The position numbers and the translations under genes are program-made. A stretch of DNA of 63,439 bases, counting the filler, from Octopus bimaculoides (Eukaryota), in assembly GCF_001194135.2 (NCBI RefSeq). It is 5 parts of 5 records of this genome, joined end to end, with 100 filler letters (N's around TTAATTAATTAA, not from the genome) between each part and the next. Parts side by side here need not be neighbours in the genome. Positions count along the whole stretch, not along the records: positions 1 to 16,755 come from NC_069007.1; positions 16,856 to 30,425 come from NC_068988.1; 3 more parts are not named here. One strand, 5' to 3'. The stretch's first letter is position 1. Every line of letters starts with the position of its first letter. Shown one piece after another: positions 1 to 28,783 of the stretch. The notes beneath the pieces were generated by a model. That model worked only from the letters and a program-made list of their open reading frames with translations, did no database searches and was not told where the DNA came from.

Positions 1-182
1 CCCCCCCCCCCGTTGTTTAAAAAATCCTTTTATATTTTTATAATTAAATATTATTAGGAATTGTGTAAGTAAAATATTGTTAAAATATTTTGTGTATTAC
101 AGAAATATATGCACGTAAATTTTAACAACAAAATCTGATATATTTTGGCAAGGGTCAAATAACCCTTGGTTGAGAAACACTG
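1..182. mobile_element. hAT-like MITE end fragment
   Basis: Ends in GGTTGAGAAACACTG (hAT/Charlie-type terminus); AT-rich body is similar to 30780-31365. Confidence 0.5.
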
Positions 183-290
183 CTTTAGACTTTGCTGATC
201 TGTAGTTCCAACACCAACGTATGGACAAGGCTGGCCCTTTGAATTACTGAAAGAAGCCTATCGCACACACACACACACATATATATATCA

Positions 291-640
291 TGTGGAGGCG
301 CAATGGCTCAGTGGTTACGGCAGCGGACTCACGCTTGTAGGATCCTGGTTTGCGAGTGTTTATTGAGCGAAAACACCTAAAGCTCCACGAGGCCCCGGCA
401 GGGGGTGGTGGCGAATCCTGCTGTACTCTTTCACCACAACTTTCTCTCACTCTTTCTTCCTGCTTCTGTTGTACCTGCATTCCAAAGGGCCAGCCTTGTC
501 TCACTCTGTGTCACACTGAATCTCCCCCGAGAACTAAGTTAAGGTTACATGTGTCTGTGGAATGCTCAGCCACTTGCACGTGAATTTCATGAGCAGGCTG
601 TTCCATTGATTGGATCAACTGGAACCCTCATAACAGTAGC
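291..640 (+). mobile_element. tRNA-headed SINE family A, internally deleted copy
   Basis: TGTGGAGGCGCAATGGCTCAGTGG head plus the core shared with 21070-21453. Confidence 0.85.
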
Positions 641-921
641 TGAGTGTCAGTTAAATACCCCAAGAATCTTGCAATATCTTTCTCTTCTTAACCCCTACCA
701 TTCTTAGAGGCCCCAAAACGATCATAGATGTTACTCATAACTAAAAACATTGAATGGAATGTGCCATTTTGACCCAGGGGGGTTGTGAGCAACCTGAGCC
801 TCATTGTATTATGGTTGTTGCTGTTATTGTTGTTGCGGCTATTCTTTATTTTCGTAAAAAAAATTTTTAATATTTCTTTTAACTCTTTTAAAAAATTTTT
901 TTTTCCAGAACTTCATCAGGC

Positions 922-16119
<15,198 letters not shown>

Positions 16120-16755
16120 GTACGAATTAAAAGAGATTTTTCTAAATCAACTTTTGTGGCCGGAACCTTGGGAAGGTGGCTGTGGGGTAAGATGCTTGCT
16201 TCCCAGTCACATGGTTTCGGGATCCATCCCACTATGGGACATCTTGGGCAAGTGTCTTCTGTTATGGTCACAGCCCCAATCAATGCCTTGTAAGTTAAAT
16301 TGGTAGGCAGAGACTCAGCCTGTTGTATATATATGTGTATGTATATACATATATATCTGTGTGTGTGTGTGTGTGTATAACAAATGAAATACAGAAGATG
16401 GAATATAATATACAAGAATTTATTATTAATCACAACAGTTGTTTCGATACATCCAGCAGTGATTTCTCTTGGGTGGGGCACTCAACAACTGGTTCAGGAG
16501 CATCCGGTGGTGCAGCCGTATCTCATCGAGTGATAAATAAATTTTTTTAAAAAACTCATTAAAATGATTGTTCCACAATGCAACTTTCTGTTTTGTAGAG
16601 AAAAAAACAGCCAGACGGAGGAAAATTCTTCATATATATAGAATATCCAAAAATAAAATTGCAGGAGACGAAAAGAGAAACGAACACATAATCCAGCAAA
16701 AGTTTAAGGTCCTCGTAGGGTGCAAAGTTAGGGTGTTTCCAGAGAAACACTCAGC

Positions 16756-16855
16756 NNNNNNNNNNNNNNNNNNNNNNNNNNNNNNNNNNNNNNNNNNNNT
16801 TAATTAATTAANNNNNNNNNNNNNNNNNNNNNNNNNNNNNNNNNNNNNNNNNNNN
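16756..16855. other. Synthetic scaffold-join spacer
   Basis: 44 N + TTAATTAATTAA + 44 N = 100 nt; the 12-mer is palindromic and has stops in all six frames. Confidence 0.95.
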
Positions 16856-17088
16856 GACAAATACATAACAAAAACACCAGGACTTACAAATATATATAAC
16901 ATACAGAAAATTGCACTACTGGGTACTGCACACATTCTACGCAAAACACTTTCAATACAGTAAACATAAGAGCACCACAGCAAACCACAGCACATACCCA
17001 AGGCGCACAGAGCTGCGCTCGGTAGTGAAGTGAAAGCACGTTATAAAAATAAAACTACTGAATAAGAATAATAATAATAATAATAATA
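16856..17088 (+). mobile_element. R4/Dong-type non-LTR retrotransposon 3' end with (TAA)n tail
   Basis: PGLTNIYNIQKIALLGTAHILRKTLSIQ*, short 3'UTR, then AAT repeats; cut by the join. Confidence 0.85.
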
Positions 17089-17269
17089 GGGATAAAATCC
17101 AAAATTACAGGTAAAAACTCAATTAAAATCAATTTATTAAAAATTGAAATTAAATTTAATTTCACAGTATAAAATATATATAAATATATAGTTTTAGGGA
17201 AAAGAACCCCAAGGTTCATAAACTCATCGATGAAATTCTTTTACCTAAAACTATATTTATATATATATA

Positions 17270-18030
17270 TATATATATATTTGTATTTTTCTTTATATTT
17301 TTCTCGGATATATATTAGCAAAACCATCAGTACACTCCCATCTAAGTCCTTTGCAATGTTTTCCCTACCATAAATCTCAGGCACTCACACCAACAAAAAT
17401 ACTAGCAATTAGTGATTGGCCTGTTTGAAACCTGTAAGCAAGAACTCAATTGTTCACCAACTTTCATATACATTAAATTTATCCCACAGTTTTCGCTTTC
17501 AGAATTCAAGGCTGTCAATTATCTGTGTTTTACTTACAACTGCAACCATCTCTTGTGTTTATAGTTATGAAAAAGTTTGTTCATTGTTGGTCGATATTAA
17601 TATCATAACACAGAAATCGAACCACCAAAGCGATAGCTTGATTATACTATTGGTGTTTTTGTTGTTGTTTTGTTGCTGTTTTACCCCTAATCAGCTCTGA
17701 TTGGGAAGATATATCATCAAGGATATTCCAGCCATGACCATCTCGTCATTTTATGGAAATTTTGCTACTATATATCGTAGTATCTCGTTGTGTCATGCAT
17801 GCATAGTGTGTACATGCGTCTATGCGTATCTCTGTGTGATTTGTGTGTGATATGCGTGTAATTTTCTATGTGCGCATGGGAAAATGATGTGTGTTACTGA
17901 TACCGTGTATAATTGTGGGTGTTTGTGTACACACGTTTGAACGTGCTCTTGTGGGTGTTTGTGTACACACGTTTGAACGTGCTCTTGTGGGTATATTTTA
18001 TGTATTTATGTATGTATGTATGTACGTATG

Positions 18031-18064
<34 letters not shown>

Positions 18065-19129
18065 TGTGTGTATGCATGTTTGCATAGGTATGTGTGTAAT
18101 GCAGTTACGACCATTCTTTTAGTTATGGACAGATATTTGATTAAATAAATGACAAGGAGATATATTAACCAATTTAATGTTCAGCGGTTTATATTTGCTA
18201 ATAGATTACGTTACCTCATATGAGAACATATATGATCGCTATGAGAATATATACGAAACGAGCTTTTCGGCCGATCCATTTTTATGTTCATTAGGTTGAT
18301 CCCAAACACACTCAGGTAATTTAACTTTGACACCTTCATCTCAAGATATAGTCGAATGCATATCCAAAAGGTTAATTAATATTTCTCATTCTCTCAGCAC
18401 AGTCAATCTATTATACACGTTTATCTTCTGACAAAATATACCGTTCAAAAATATGAGCTGATCGACACTAGACTGACTTTTGCAGATCTAGTGCCATGAT
18501 GTGAAACCTTGAATGCCTCTACCGGAGTTGACACTTTTGTAAGGTATGATGGTAGGTCTACTGTTTGATGATACCTTCTTTCTGCCATCTGACCACTTTC
18601 GAGGTTCTTAAAATTGTCATATTGTTGTTGTTGGCATTCCGTCGCTTACGACGTCGAGGGTTCCAGTTGATCCGATCAAAGGAACAGCCTGCTCGTGAAA
18701 TTAACGTGGAAGTGGCTGAGCACTCCACAGACACGTGTACCATTAACGAAGTTCTCGGGGAGATTCAGCGTGACACAGAGTGTGACAAGGCTGGCCCTTT
18801 CAATTACAGGCACAGCAGAAACAGGAAGTAAGAGTGAGAGAAAGTTGTGGTGAAAGAGTACAGCAGGGTTCGCCACCATCCCCTTCCGGAGCCTCTTGGA
18901 GCTTTAGGTGTTTTCGCTCAATGCACCGCCTGTATCATCCACAAGGTACCGACGATAGTTGTCACTTTTGTCATTACCTTTCGCCTATCCACGCCTCCTT
19001 GGTGAAATTGGGTGAGTGGAAACTGTACGGAAGATCCCTGGATGGACTGCCCCTGTAATTTAAGAGTCAGGTGATGTAACACTGCGATATGCTGATTCGA
19101 TAAATAAATTCCGTAAAGTATACAAGTAT
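17270..19129 (-). pseudogene. Candidate decayed GAIN/GPS-TM1 exons (adhesion GPCR or polycystin-1-like)
   Basis: Four phase-compatible AG/GT segments: 19129-18978, 18427-18215, 17646-17538 and 17431 onward. Motifs VKLPECVW..LVSYIF, CYD...TRDGC, CFKQANH*..VFLLV and a hydrophobic VLMVLLIYIREK; in-frame stops present. Confidence 0.33.
18622..18921 (-). mobile_element. SINE family A, 5'-truncated
   Basis: Reverse complement of the core and (CAA)n tail. Confidence 0.85.
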
Positions 19130-19961
19130 CTGTGGAAAACTCAGCATTTGGAAACTTATACAATGAGTAATTCAAATGAAATAGACATGATGGAGCGCAC
19201 ATGTAGGAGTGTGTGCGCGCGCGCGTTGGAGTGAATGCGCAGGTACGTGTGTGTGAGTGTATGTGCGCGTGCGTGTAAACAATTAAAAACACGAAACTTT
19301 TATCAAGATTTAGCACTCCATACACCGAATTTAACGCAGCACGATGTTGTTAATTTCACCTCTCATTTTCTAAGTTGATTATATTGTTTCAGTTCTTACA
19401 AATTTCCTTGAGACATAGTGGCATTAATGATCGTGGTTTTGACTTTATGATAACCACCAGAAGATTACTACTTTAATACTTACACTGTACTTGAGTCAAA
19501 ATTACTAACCGACCATTTTGATGTTATGATTGGTTGCTATGGCAGAGTAGAGATTCGCAATCTTGTAAAATTATCCGGCCTAATAAGTTTGCATTCAGAT
19601 TTAATACCTCATATAAAGACTTGAACAGAAATGATGGCCTAATTATTTCTAGATTCATAAACATACTCTAAGTAAATCAACAGATGTCCTATTTACGATA
19701 CTTAAAGAAATAGGACATGAAGTCAGTTACTACAGATAGCAGATATTACCCTAAAATTCATACATGTATGTAAATAACACACAGCAACAAAATCTAATCT
19801 TTAGCGAATACACTCACAAACATTTATGTATTCTGAATAGTCAAATGAATCTTCTCTGCAGTATTAGCAAAATATTTTCTGGGATGTCCAGCATAAATAA
19901 ACTTTCTTGTCGGGAAATGTTTCATTATAGTTTATTTAAAACAAAAAGTTCTGCTAACTTC

Positions 19962-20332
19962 GTTGTTGTTGGCACTCCGTCGCTTACGACGTCGAGGGTT
20001 ACAGTTGATCCGATCACTGGAACAGCCTGCTCGTGAAATTAACGTGCAAGTGGCTGAGCACTCCACAGACACGTGTACCCTTAACGTAGTTCTCGGGGAT
20101 ATTCAGCGTGACACAGTGTGACAATTACAGGCACAACAGAAACAGGAAGTAAGAGCGAGAGAAATTTGTGGTGAAAGAGTACAGCAGGGTTCACCACCAT
20201 CCCCTGCTGGAGCCTCGTGGAGCTTTAGGTGTTTTCGCTCAATAAACACTCACGACGCCCGGTCTGGGAATCGAAACCGCGATCCTATGACCGCGAGTCC
20301 GCTGCCCTAACCACTGGGCCATTGCGCCTCCA
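19962..20332 (-). mobile_element. SINE family A, full length
   Basis: Reverse complement of 21070-21453 including A/B boxes. Confidence 0.9.
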
Positions 20333-21069
20333 TATGGTACCTTCACACCAACACGAAATATATCACATCCCACCCGGTCATATTGGAACTCTGAAGGAAT
20401 ATGAGCGTGATAACTACCACAGACGCTTTAATCCACAGCTCTATTGTTTATACTAATGCTTGCATTTACTAAATTTATTGAAAATTGTAGAAATGCAAGA
20501 AATAGCGATATTGAAATTAGATGGCTGATATTCTTGTTATTCAAAATTTTTTGGCATTGTTTGCCATATTTTCTTATCAATAGAGCAAGAATTGGTCGAA
20601 AATTAGCATATTGCTTTCCAATAACAATCATAGATTTTTACTGGAATATTAAGAGAAATTACGTCATTAGTCTCCATGATTTATTTAATAATCGATTTAA
20701 TATGATACCCATGATTATTTTCCCGATAGGTTTCGGATATTATATTATATTTTAGAATGTAATTCAATATAAACTCAAGTAAATATCCTAATTAGCTATA
20801 GAGATAATGTTGTCCTAAAATGGTGAAATATTACAAATATAATACGAAAAATGTTGACTGCGGTAATTTTAGTTATTTCAGTATATTACACTCATTTCGA
20901 TCATTTTCACTCATGTATTCAACATGTAGTGCTTGATCGATATATTTCAAATCAACATACTGTTAAATATACAATGTTTGACATATCTCTACTATATGAT
21001 TACATTATATACATTGCTATTTGAATTTTGGAATAGCGGTTGAATAACATTACACTATTTAATACATTG

Positions 21070-21453
21070 TGGAGGCGCAATGGCCCAGTGGTTAGGGCAG
21101 CGGACTCGCGGTCATAGGATCGCGTTTTCGATTCCCAGACCAGGCGTTGTGAGTGTTTATTGAGCGAAAACACCTAAAGCTCCACGAGGCTCCGGAAGGG
21201 GATGGTCGCGAACCCTGCTGTACTCTTTCACCACAACTTTCTCTCACTTTTACTTCCTATTTCTGTTGTGCTTGTAATTCAAAGGGTCAGCCTTGTCACA
21301 CTGTGTCACGCTGATTATCCCCAAGAACTACGTTAAGTGTACACGTGTCTGTGGAGTGCTCAGCCACTTGCACGCTAATTTCACGAGCAGGCTGTTCCGT
21401 TGATGAGTTCAACTGGAACCCTCGATGTCGTAAGCGACGAAGTGCCAACAACA
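21070..21453 (+). mobile_element. SINE family A, full length with 13-bp target-site duplication
   Basis: A box TGGCCCAGTGG, B box TTTTCGATTCC, CAACAACAA tail; ATTTAATACATTG repeated at 21057-21069 and 21454-21466. Confidence 0.93.
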
Positions 21454-22004
21454 ATTTAATACATTGGACCAATAAGTTGTCTTCAATGCATAGAAATTCA
21501 CTTTTCTATGAAATTGATTCTAAATTTATTGAAATTATTTTGCCTTTCCTTTAAGAGATGCAGGGTATATTTGTTTACTTTCTCAAATGAAAGGCAAATT
21601 TTAAGTAGATTAAGGATAGTTTGCGTCCGTCATTCGGTTAATCATAATTCCAAATAGTTTTGCAGATTTTGTGCAGACGATGTTAAAAAGTCGGCACAAA
21701 ATAATGTAGGCACACACGCACTTGCCACCGCGCGCGCACACACTCACACGCACTCACACACACACATATACAGTCAGTCTGCTGTGTGACAGAGTTGTAA
21801 GAGTGTGGGATAGAGCGTTGCACCTCGCCACAATTTCGTTTCAAACGCCGTCGAGATCAAATATTTTCAATGATTTCCTAGTGTGTAAATGAAATGCTTG
21901 TCCCATACTCAGGTCGATTCTTTTCTCTATTTGTCTACCTATCTCTAAATATATCTATCTTCTCTCTCTCTCACTCTCTCTCTGTCTGTCTGTCTGTCTG
22001 TCTC

Positions 22005-22049
<45 letters not shown>

Positions 22050-23473
22050 TGCTCGCTCGCACTCGCTCTCTCTCTTTAATTTTATAAGTAATTGGATCTG
22101 GTTGAAATTTGTTAGGGACAAACAACACCGTCTCTAAAAATGCTTGAGATTTGCCATATATTACCACGATGGCCCCAAAGTTGAATTAGGTTCTGATGGG
22201 GCATGTCTTGTCATGGTATATCGTATAAACACACACATATACACACATGTGTAGTGGGGGGGGGGGGTGAAATTGACAGAAAAAGGAAAAAGTGAATAGA
22301 CACGCACGTACCTAGTCCCTTTATCAACTGTCGACATGTATTTACTAAAATTATGGTTCCTTTGATAATATTTGAGCGTCAGAAATATTGACGAGTGAAC
22401 AAGATAGTCATACATGATTGAAGTGAGTGTGTAATTGTAGAAGCGAAACATTGATATATAGCTAAGTCTATATGCACATATATTTGTACACACATGCGCT
22501 CATATAGGCGTTTTTATACATAGACGTTTATACAAGCATGTGAATAAGCATTTTCGTTCATTCCTATATGCATCTGTGTGACTGTATACTCGTGTGCGTT
22601 TGCATTTCATTATGGCATGTGTGTATGTATGTGTGTGTGTTTCTATACTTGAAGATATATGTATGCATATATACACCTATGAGACTGTGGATATTACATT
22701 TTATAACAATTGGCTTGATATTGTGTAAGTATAAATACGTATAAATATGAACGCTTATACTGTGAATATATCCTTGCTTCTACATACCCTGCGATTGCTC
22801 GTTGGTACGGCGGACATTACAAATAACTCTATGAACAAACATTCATCCATTTTGAAATGCGCATGTAAATGCAGAAGTGTGGGAGTATGTGTGTGAGGAA
22901 GAGAGAAGGGGGGAGATGAAACGAAGTATTTTTCTTAGGAGATAGACAGATGTGGTAATAAAGACGTTGTTTGCAACATACCAACGCATATGCACGCAAT
23001 TCACAATCGAGATATTGAAATACAAGAATTCTCTACTGTTCAACTTGTAAATCTGCATAGTTTTCTTTTTCGAATTTCATGATCTTTTCTGCCTTTCTTA
23101 GAAACCAATTCCTTTGTAAAATGAATACGCACAGTTAAAAAAAAAATGGAATACGTAGTACGTAGAAACATGAATACGTACGTACGTTCACACAAGTTTA
23201 TATACATACTTCCCAAAATTTATATACATTATCATACGTGTAGTGTAGTTTAATATAGAACTGTATTTACTTATACGTATATACATATACAAATAATATC
23301 TTCATAAACTTTACGAATATGCACTATTCAGATACATACATTCGATAAGAATTGCTCAAGTTGAGTGTGAACAGGTCTTCACAAAATTAAATCAATATAT
23401 TATAACAATGTTTTTTTCTTCTTTCTAAACAAAAAAAGGAAGTTTAATGAGATGAGAGTATATATACTGTATA

Positions 23474-23507
<34 letters not shown>

Positions 23508-24681
23508 NNNNNNNNNNNNNNNNNNNNNNNNNNNNNNNNNNNNNNNNNNNNNNNNNNNNNNNNNNNNNNNNNNNNNNNNNNNNNNNNNNNNNNNNNNNNN
23601 NNNNNNNNNNNNNNNNNNNNNNNNNNNNNNNNNNNNNNNNNNNNNNNNNNNNNNNNNNNNNNNNNNNNNNNNNNNNNNNNNNNNNNNNNNNNNNNNNNNN
23701 NNNNNATATATACATACACACACGCACGCAAGCTCGTGCGCACACACACACACATACGACCTGTGTTCCTCAGCACACCATTTTCATATATTGCAATAAT
23801 GCGAAATAGAATTAAGGAAATTGATTCTTGTGGCTGACAAATTTCTATTACAAACGCGCATATTTTTTCAAAGCGTGCCAGTATAAATTAATATGCGTGT
23901 GTGCTTTAGCATGTGTATATATGCGTCCGCAATTTCATGAAATTTCCAATGCTTAGTGATGATATGAACATGTATGTGTGCATGTGTTTGATTGTGTGTG
24001 TATACATGCATACGTACAAACATACGTTCATACACGTAGATATATAAATATTATATATACATGGATATGTGTGTCTGTATATGGATTATGTATGTATGTA
24101 TGTGTTATGTCTCAAACTACTGCTATCTAGCACCTTCGGATGGTTTCTACTCAACCCCTACACGACGGCTACTCAACTCCTCTACCACGGCTAGACTACC
24201 TCTATTTATATTTCTTGGGCGATCCTACTTCTTCGCTTGGGGGCGTCAACACAACAGTATGTATTATGTATGTATGTAAGTATGTATATATTATGTAAGT
24301 ATGTATGTATGTATATTGTTGAGTTCATAAAAATGTAAGAGTATGAAATGGAGAAACTTTAGGAATATCATTTTCCTGTAGTTTCTTCTCTCGAATCTTT
24401 GGAGAGATGAATTCGAGTGACTAGGCAGTCGAAAGGTGAGAATAGGTGGGAATGTTAGATGAAGCTTTTGTATGATATGGAATTTTCTGCATACACATTG
24501 TTAAGGGATTAAAATAACTGCGAGAGTTGCGAAGTCCCAAAAAGCAAGAAGATTCTTGAAAGAATTCAGAAAGTGACAGAAAGGTTTATAGAAAGGGCAA
24601 ATAAATGAATGATTTCAAGAATATTTTTCACATCAGATTCTGCAGAAGACTGAGATTGTTAGCTCAACAATTTTTAACACA

Positions 24682-24763
<82 letters not shown>

Positions 24764-24960
24764 NNNNNNNNNNNNNNNNNNNNNNNNNNNNNNNNNNNNN
24801 NNNNNNNNNNNNNNNNNNNNNNNNNNNNNNNNNNNNNNNNNNNNNNNNNNNNNNNNNNNNNNNNNNNNNNNNNNNNNNNNNNNNNNNNNNNNNNNNNNNN
24901 NNNNNNNNNNNNNNNNNNNNNNNNNNNNNNNNNNNNNNNNNNNNNNNNNNNNNNNNNNNN

Positions 24961-25006
<46 letters not shown>

Positions 25007-26664
25007 TAAAAGCAGCAGAAATATAACAAAAAACTGTTACTTGGAGTTTCACGTTCCCGTTCATCGGACAGTTTTGTTAGATTTCTAAATAAAGTATATT
25101 ACTCTACCTCTTGAGTACTCTTTTTTTCACCTTGTTGCACATTTATGTGCTTACTCTGGTATAATTATATATATATTTCGTAACTATACAAAAAAAGGAA
25201 TGAAATCGATATACAAGGAACTATAATTATATATTACTCTACTGAAAATACAAATGCTATTTCGAAATCTTTTATTGCATTAACATCGAACTAATTTAAA
25301 ATACAATATGCTCTAAGTATCATTCATTCAGGATTCATCTCAGAGCCAACGAAAACAGTTGAAATTTTATGTGGAGTCTTAAGTTATTTTAAAAACACTT
25401 TAGATTAAAAGAGAGTTCATGTGCATTTTTCTAAAACATATAAACACTACAACAAGATATACGAGTTGTGCACCGAGAAATAGTTAGAGATCTTATGAGT
25501 TATATACTTACTTCATATATAAAATATACTCATATGGAACTCAAATATAGAAATATCTAAAATCTAAATATATGCATGTGCATTTCTGACATATCTCCAT
25601 CTAAAAATAATTATGCATTGTCTGCATATGTGGGTACGTGTATTAACGTCTATATACATTCATATGTCTATGCGTGCTTGTGAGCATGTTTGTATATCTA
25701 TCTAACTTTCATGTCTCTGATGGTGCTTTCTATTCAATTTCATATTCTTTCCTTTCCGTGGATTTCTCCTTTTATATTCAAATTTATTTATTATTTATTT
25801 AAGAAATTCATATATATATATNNNNNNNNNNNNNNNNNNNNNNNNNNNNNNNNNNNNNNNNNNNNNNNNNNNNNNNNNNNNNNNNNNNNNNNNNNNNNNN
25901 NNNNNNNNNNNNNNNNNNNNNNNNNNNNNNNNNNNNNNNNNNNNNNNNNNNNNNNNNNNNNNNNNNNNNNNNNNNNNNNNNNNNNNNNNNNNNNNNNNNN
26001 NNNNNNNNNNNNNNNNNNNNNNNNNNNNNNNNNNNNNNNNNNNNNNNNNNNNNTATTACACTTGACTTTTCATAAAATTTTCATGATTTCTGAGTAGAAC
26101 ATAGGTAATTTTTGATTTCTTTCTCAATTTTTCTTCCGTTACTTCAATAACAAGTTACTTTCTATTTTTATTTGCTTCATTTACAATGCATTTAAAAAAA
26201 AATTCATTGACTCTTTTTATATTCATTGTTGCAGACTTTGCATTCTACTTTTTTTTTTTTTTTTGTAAGTTCGTATGATTTTCTTTTAAATTTCTTTTCC
26301 ATTTGCCTTTTTTTAATGTTTAAAGATTAAAATCGGAAATCGAAACAGCTGAGAGTATAATGTTCATAGCACTGGTTGATAACGTTACGCTAGCAGCAAC
26401 AACACAAGTAGTTACAATATCAATGGCAAAGGCAGCTGTTGCATCAACAATATGTATGATAGATGCTAAAACAGCCACAACACAAAAATACGAGGGAGTA
26501 TTTACACGGTCGCCTGGAACTGATAGAAACAACAGCTAGTTAGCCGTCAAATCACTCGCAACTTACTGTATAATAAAATAACCGCGTTGAGCAGCGGCAA
26601 AGGCAGCTGTTGCATCAACAATATATATGATAGATGCAAAAACAACCACAACACGAAAGTACAC

Positions 26665-26784
<120 letters not shown>

Positions 26785-26804
26785 ATGTTCCCCTAACATC
26801 GCTT

Positions 26805-26941
26805 AACAACCAAATCCACTCACAAGGCTTTGGTCGGCCCGAGGCTCAAGTAGAAGACACTTGCCCAAGGTGCCACGCAGTGGGACTGAACCCGGAACCA
26901 TGTGGTTGGTGAGCAAGCTACTTACCACACAGCCACTCCTA
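26805..26941 (-). mobile_element. SINE family B, 5' half
   Basis: Reverse complement of the head of 30877-31273, abutting a long (GT)n tract. Confidence 0.82.
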
Positions 26942-27299
26942 AGCCATTGTGAATAATAAACTAAAATACTTGGATTCATTTTGAATGACTTTCGAAATAC
27001 ACAAATAAAGACAGCACCCGCAACGGCAGCAGCAGTATATTATCCAAAGAGCTGTCTTGAGATGTATTGACTGACAGAAAGACTTATCTTTATTTAATCG
27101 CATATTATCATAGCGTATATCCTTACTTTTGTTGCTTCCAATGCTATGTATCTTAAGCCTTAACAACACGTCAGCTCCTATATTGACGTGGGCACGGTTT
27201 TGTATATTTTCAGGACCATAGAATATAATTCTCTTTTCTTATTAAAAACAGACATGCTTCTAACTGTGTGTTGTCACTAAATAAAACCATTCGCCGATT

Positions 27300-27850
27300 A
27301 GCCAAGTCCAAGAACGTACTCTTTCTATTACAGTCACGCTATTCTTTGTCAAAGATTCCCAAGCCGGAGCATCACAAATGAACGAAGCAGAGTTAAGTTA
27401 ACTCGTCTTCATATTTATTTGTGCTCCTTAGGATTACATCACAAGATATCGTGACTTATGAGGTGAGCAAGTTATTATGTTTATCCATCGTTGCAATAGT
27501 CATATGGTGGTGCTATTCAGCGTATTAAATGACGGTTCCATTGAGATTAAAGATTATACGAAATCTATCGACAATAATAATATTCATATCATTAGAATTG
27601 GAAATTGGAAATCTAAATAATACAGAAGAAGATTTGTTACCAGCTTATGGATAGCAATGGTAACATGCTTCTTAATTCTAAAGATAAGGAGAATAAGCCA
27701 TAGATTTCATTACTGATAACAACGATTTTGATACCTTCGCTATTCAGCCTGTCATTCACCGTTCTTCAATACATATGGCATATTTTGAAAGTAATCCTTA
27801 TTTTATGGATTATGAATCACCATTGATGATGTCGCTACCTACTCTGCTGA
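27300..27850 (+). pseudogene. Candidate decayed REJ/GAIN-like (PKD1-like) coding remnant
   Basis: TLFFVKDSQAGAS, ITSQDIVTYE|gtgag and DTFAIQP...MAYFESNPYFMD; frameshifted, weak similarity only. Confidence 0.25.
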
Positions 27851-27950
27851 CGATGATGATGATGATGATGATAAAGTAGGAGGAGTGGAGGAGTACGGGA
27901 ATATAGCAGATAAGGAGGGTAATGATGAAGGGATAAAGGGCGCACGCAGA

Positions 27951-28019
<69 letters not shown>

Positions 28020-28748
28020 ATATTATTTAAGAGTAAGAAGTGTCTGAGAATGCGGAATATGTTTATGAAAACTATGAATAAACATATACTGTATCTGTAC
28101 ACATATAGCAACTTTATTTTATATACTTTTGACCTAGGTGCCCTTTGTTAAACTTCCCTTGCTCTATTATAAACTGGTCTGCTAGTAGAGAACCCCCCCC
28201 CCCAACCTATAATAGTTTGTCACTATAACCATAAGAATCTTTATAACCATATCATCCATGTATATTGCCTACCCTTTTCCCTTTCCCTATAAGGAAAAGG
28301 CTGGTGCCCTCTTAAGCTTTGAATTACTATGTTTGATAAGATGAAACAAAAATAAAAAACAAATAAAATCAGTGACAGTTAGAAATCTGCTTGGAATTAA
28401 TTACTAGCCTGTATGGTCCGGCCAAGTCAAAATGGTCTTTTGTATTCTTCCTTTCCACTTGGAAAGTTTAAATGTAGTTACAACAATATGTCCTTCTGCT
28501 GAAATGAAATTTCAGTAAATTTCTGTATCTTTGTGCAGCGGAGGATTGCTCTGCATTTTACATTTAATGTAATGTTCATATTGCTTAATAAATCCTGGGT
28601 AAATTTCCAATTTACCCCCGCCCATACCTAGTATTCAAATACGATATTGCCCTGCAATAGTAAGGACTTCGGTATAAATACGTAGGTACACACCCAGTAG
28701 TATATTGGATACTTACTATCCCTTAGATGGTTGTTTAACTTCTAACTC

Positions 28749-28783
<35 letters not shown>

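Noticed and set aside
19962-21453. tRNA genes or CRISPR-like repeats
   Set aside because: A/B boxes belong to SINE heads with long tails and a TSD; no regularly spaced repeat-spacer array exists in the window.
24520-24660. KKILERIQKVTERFI, a CR1-like LINE fragment
   Set aside because: Similarity is too short and degenerate to support a call.
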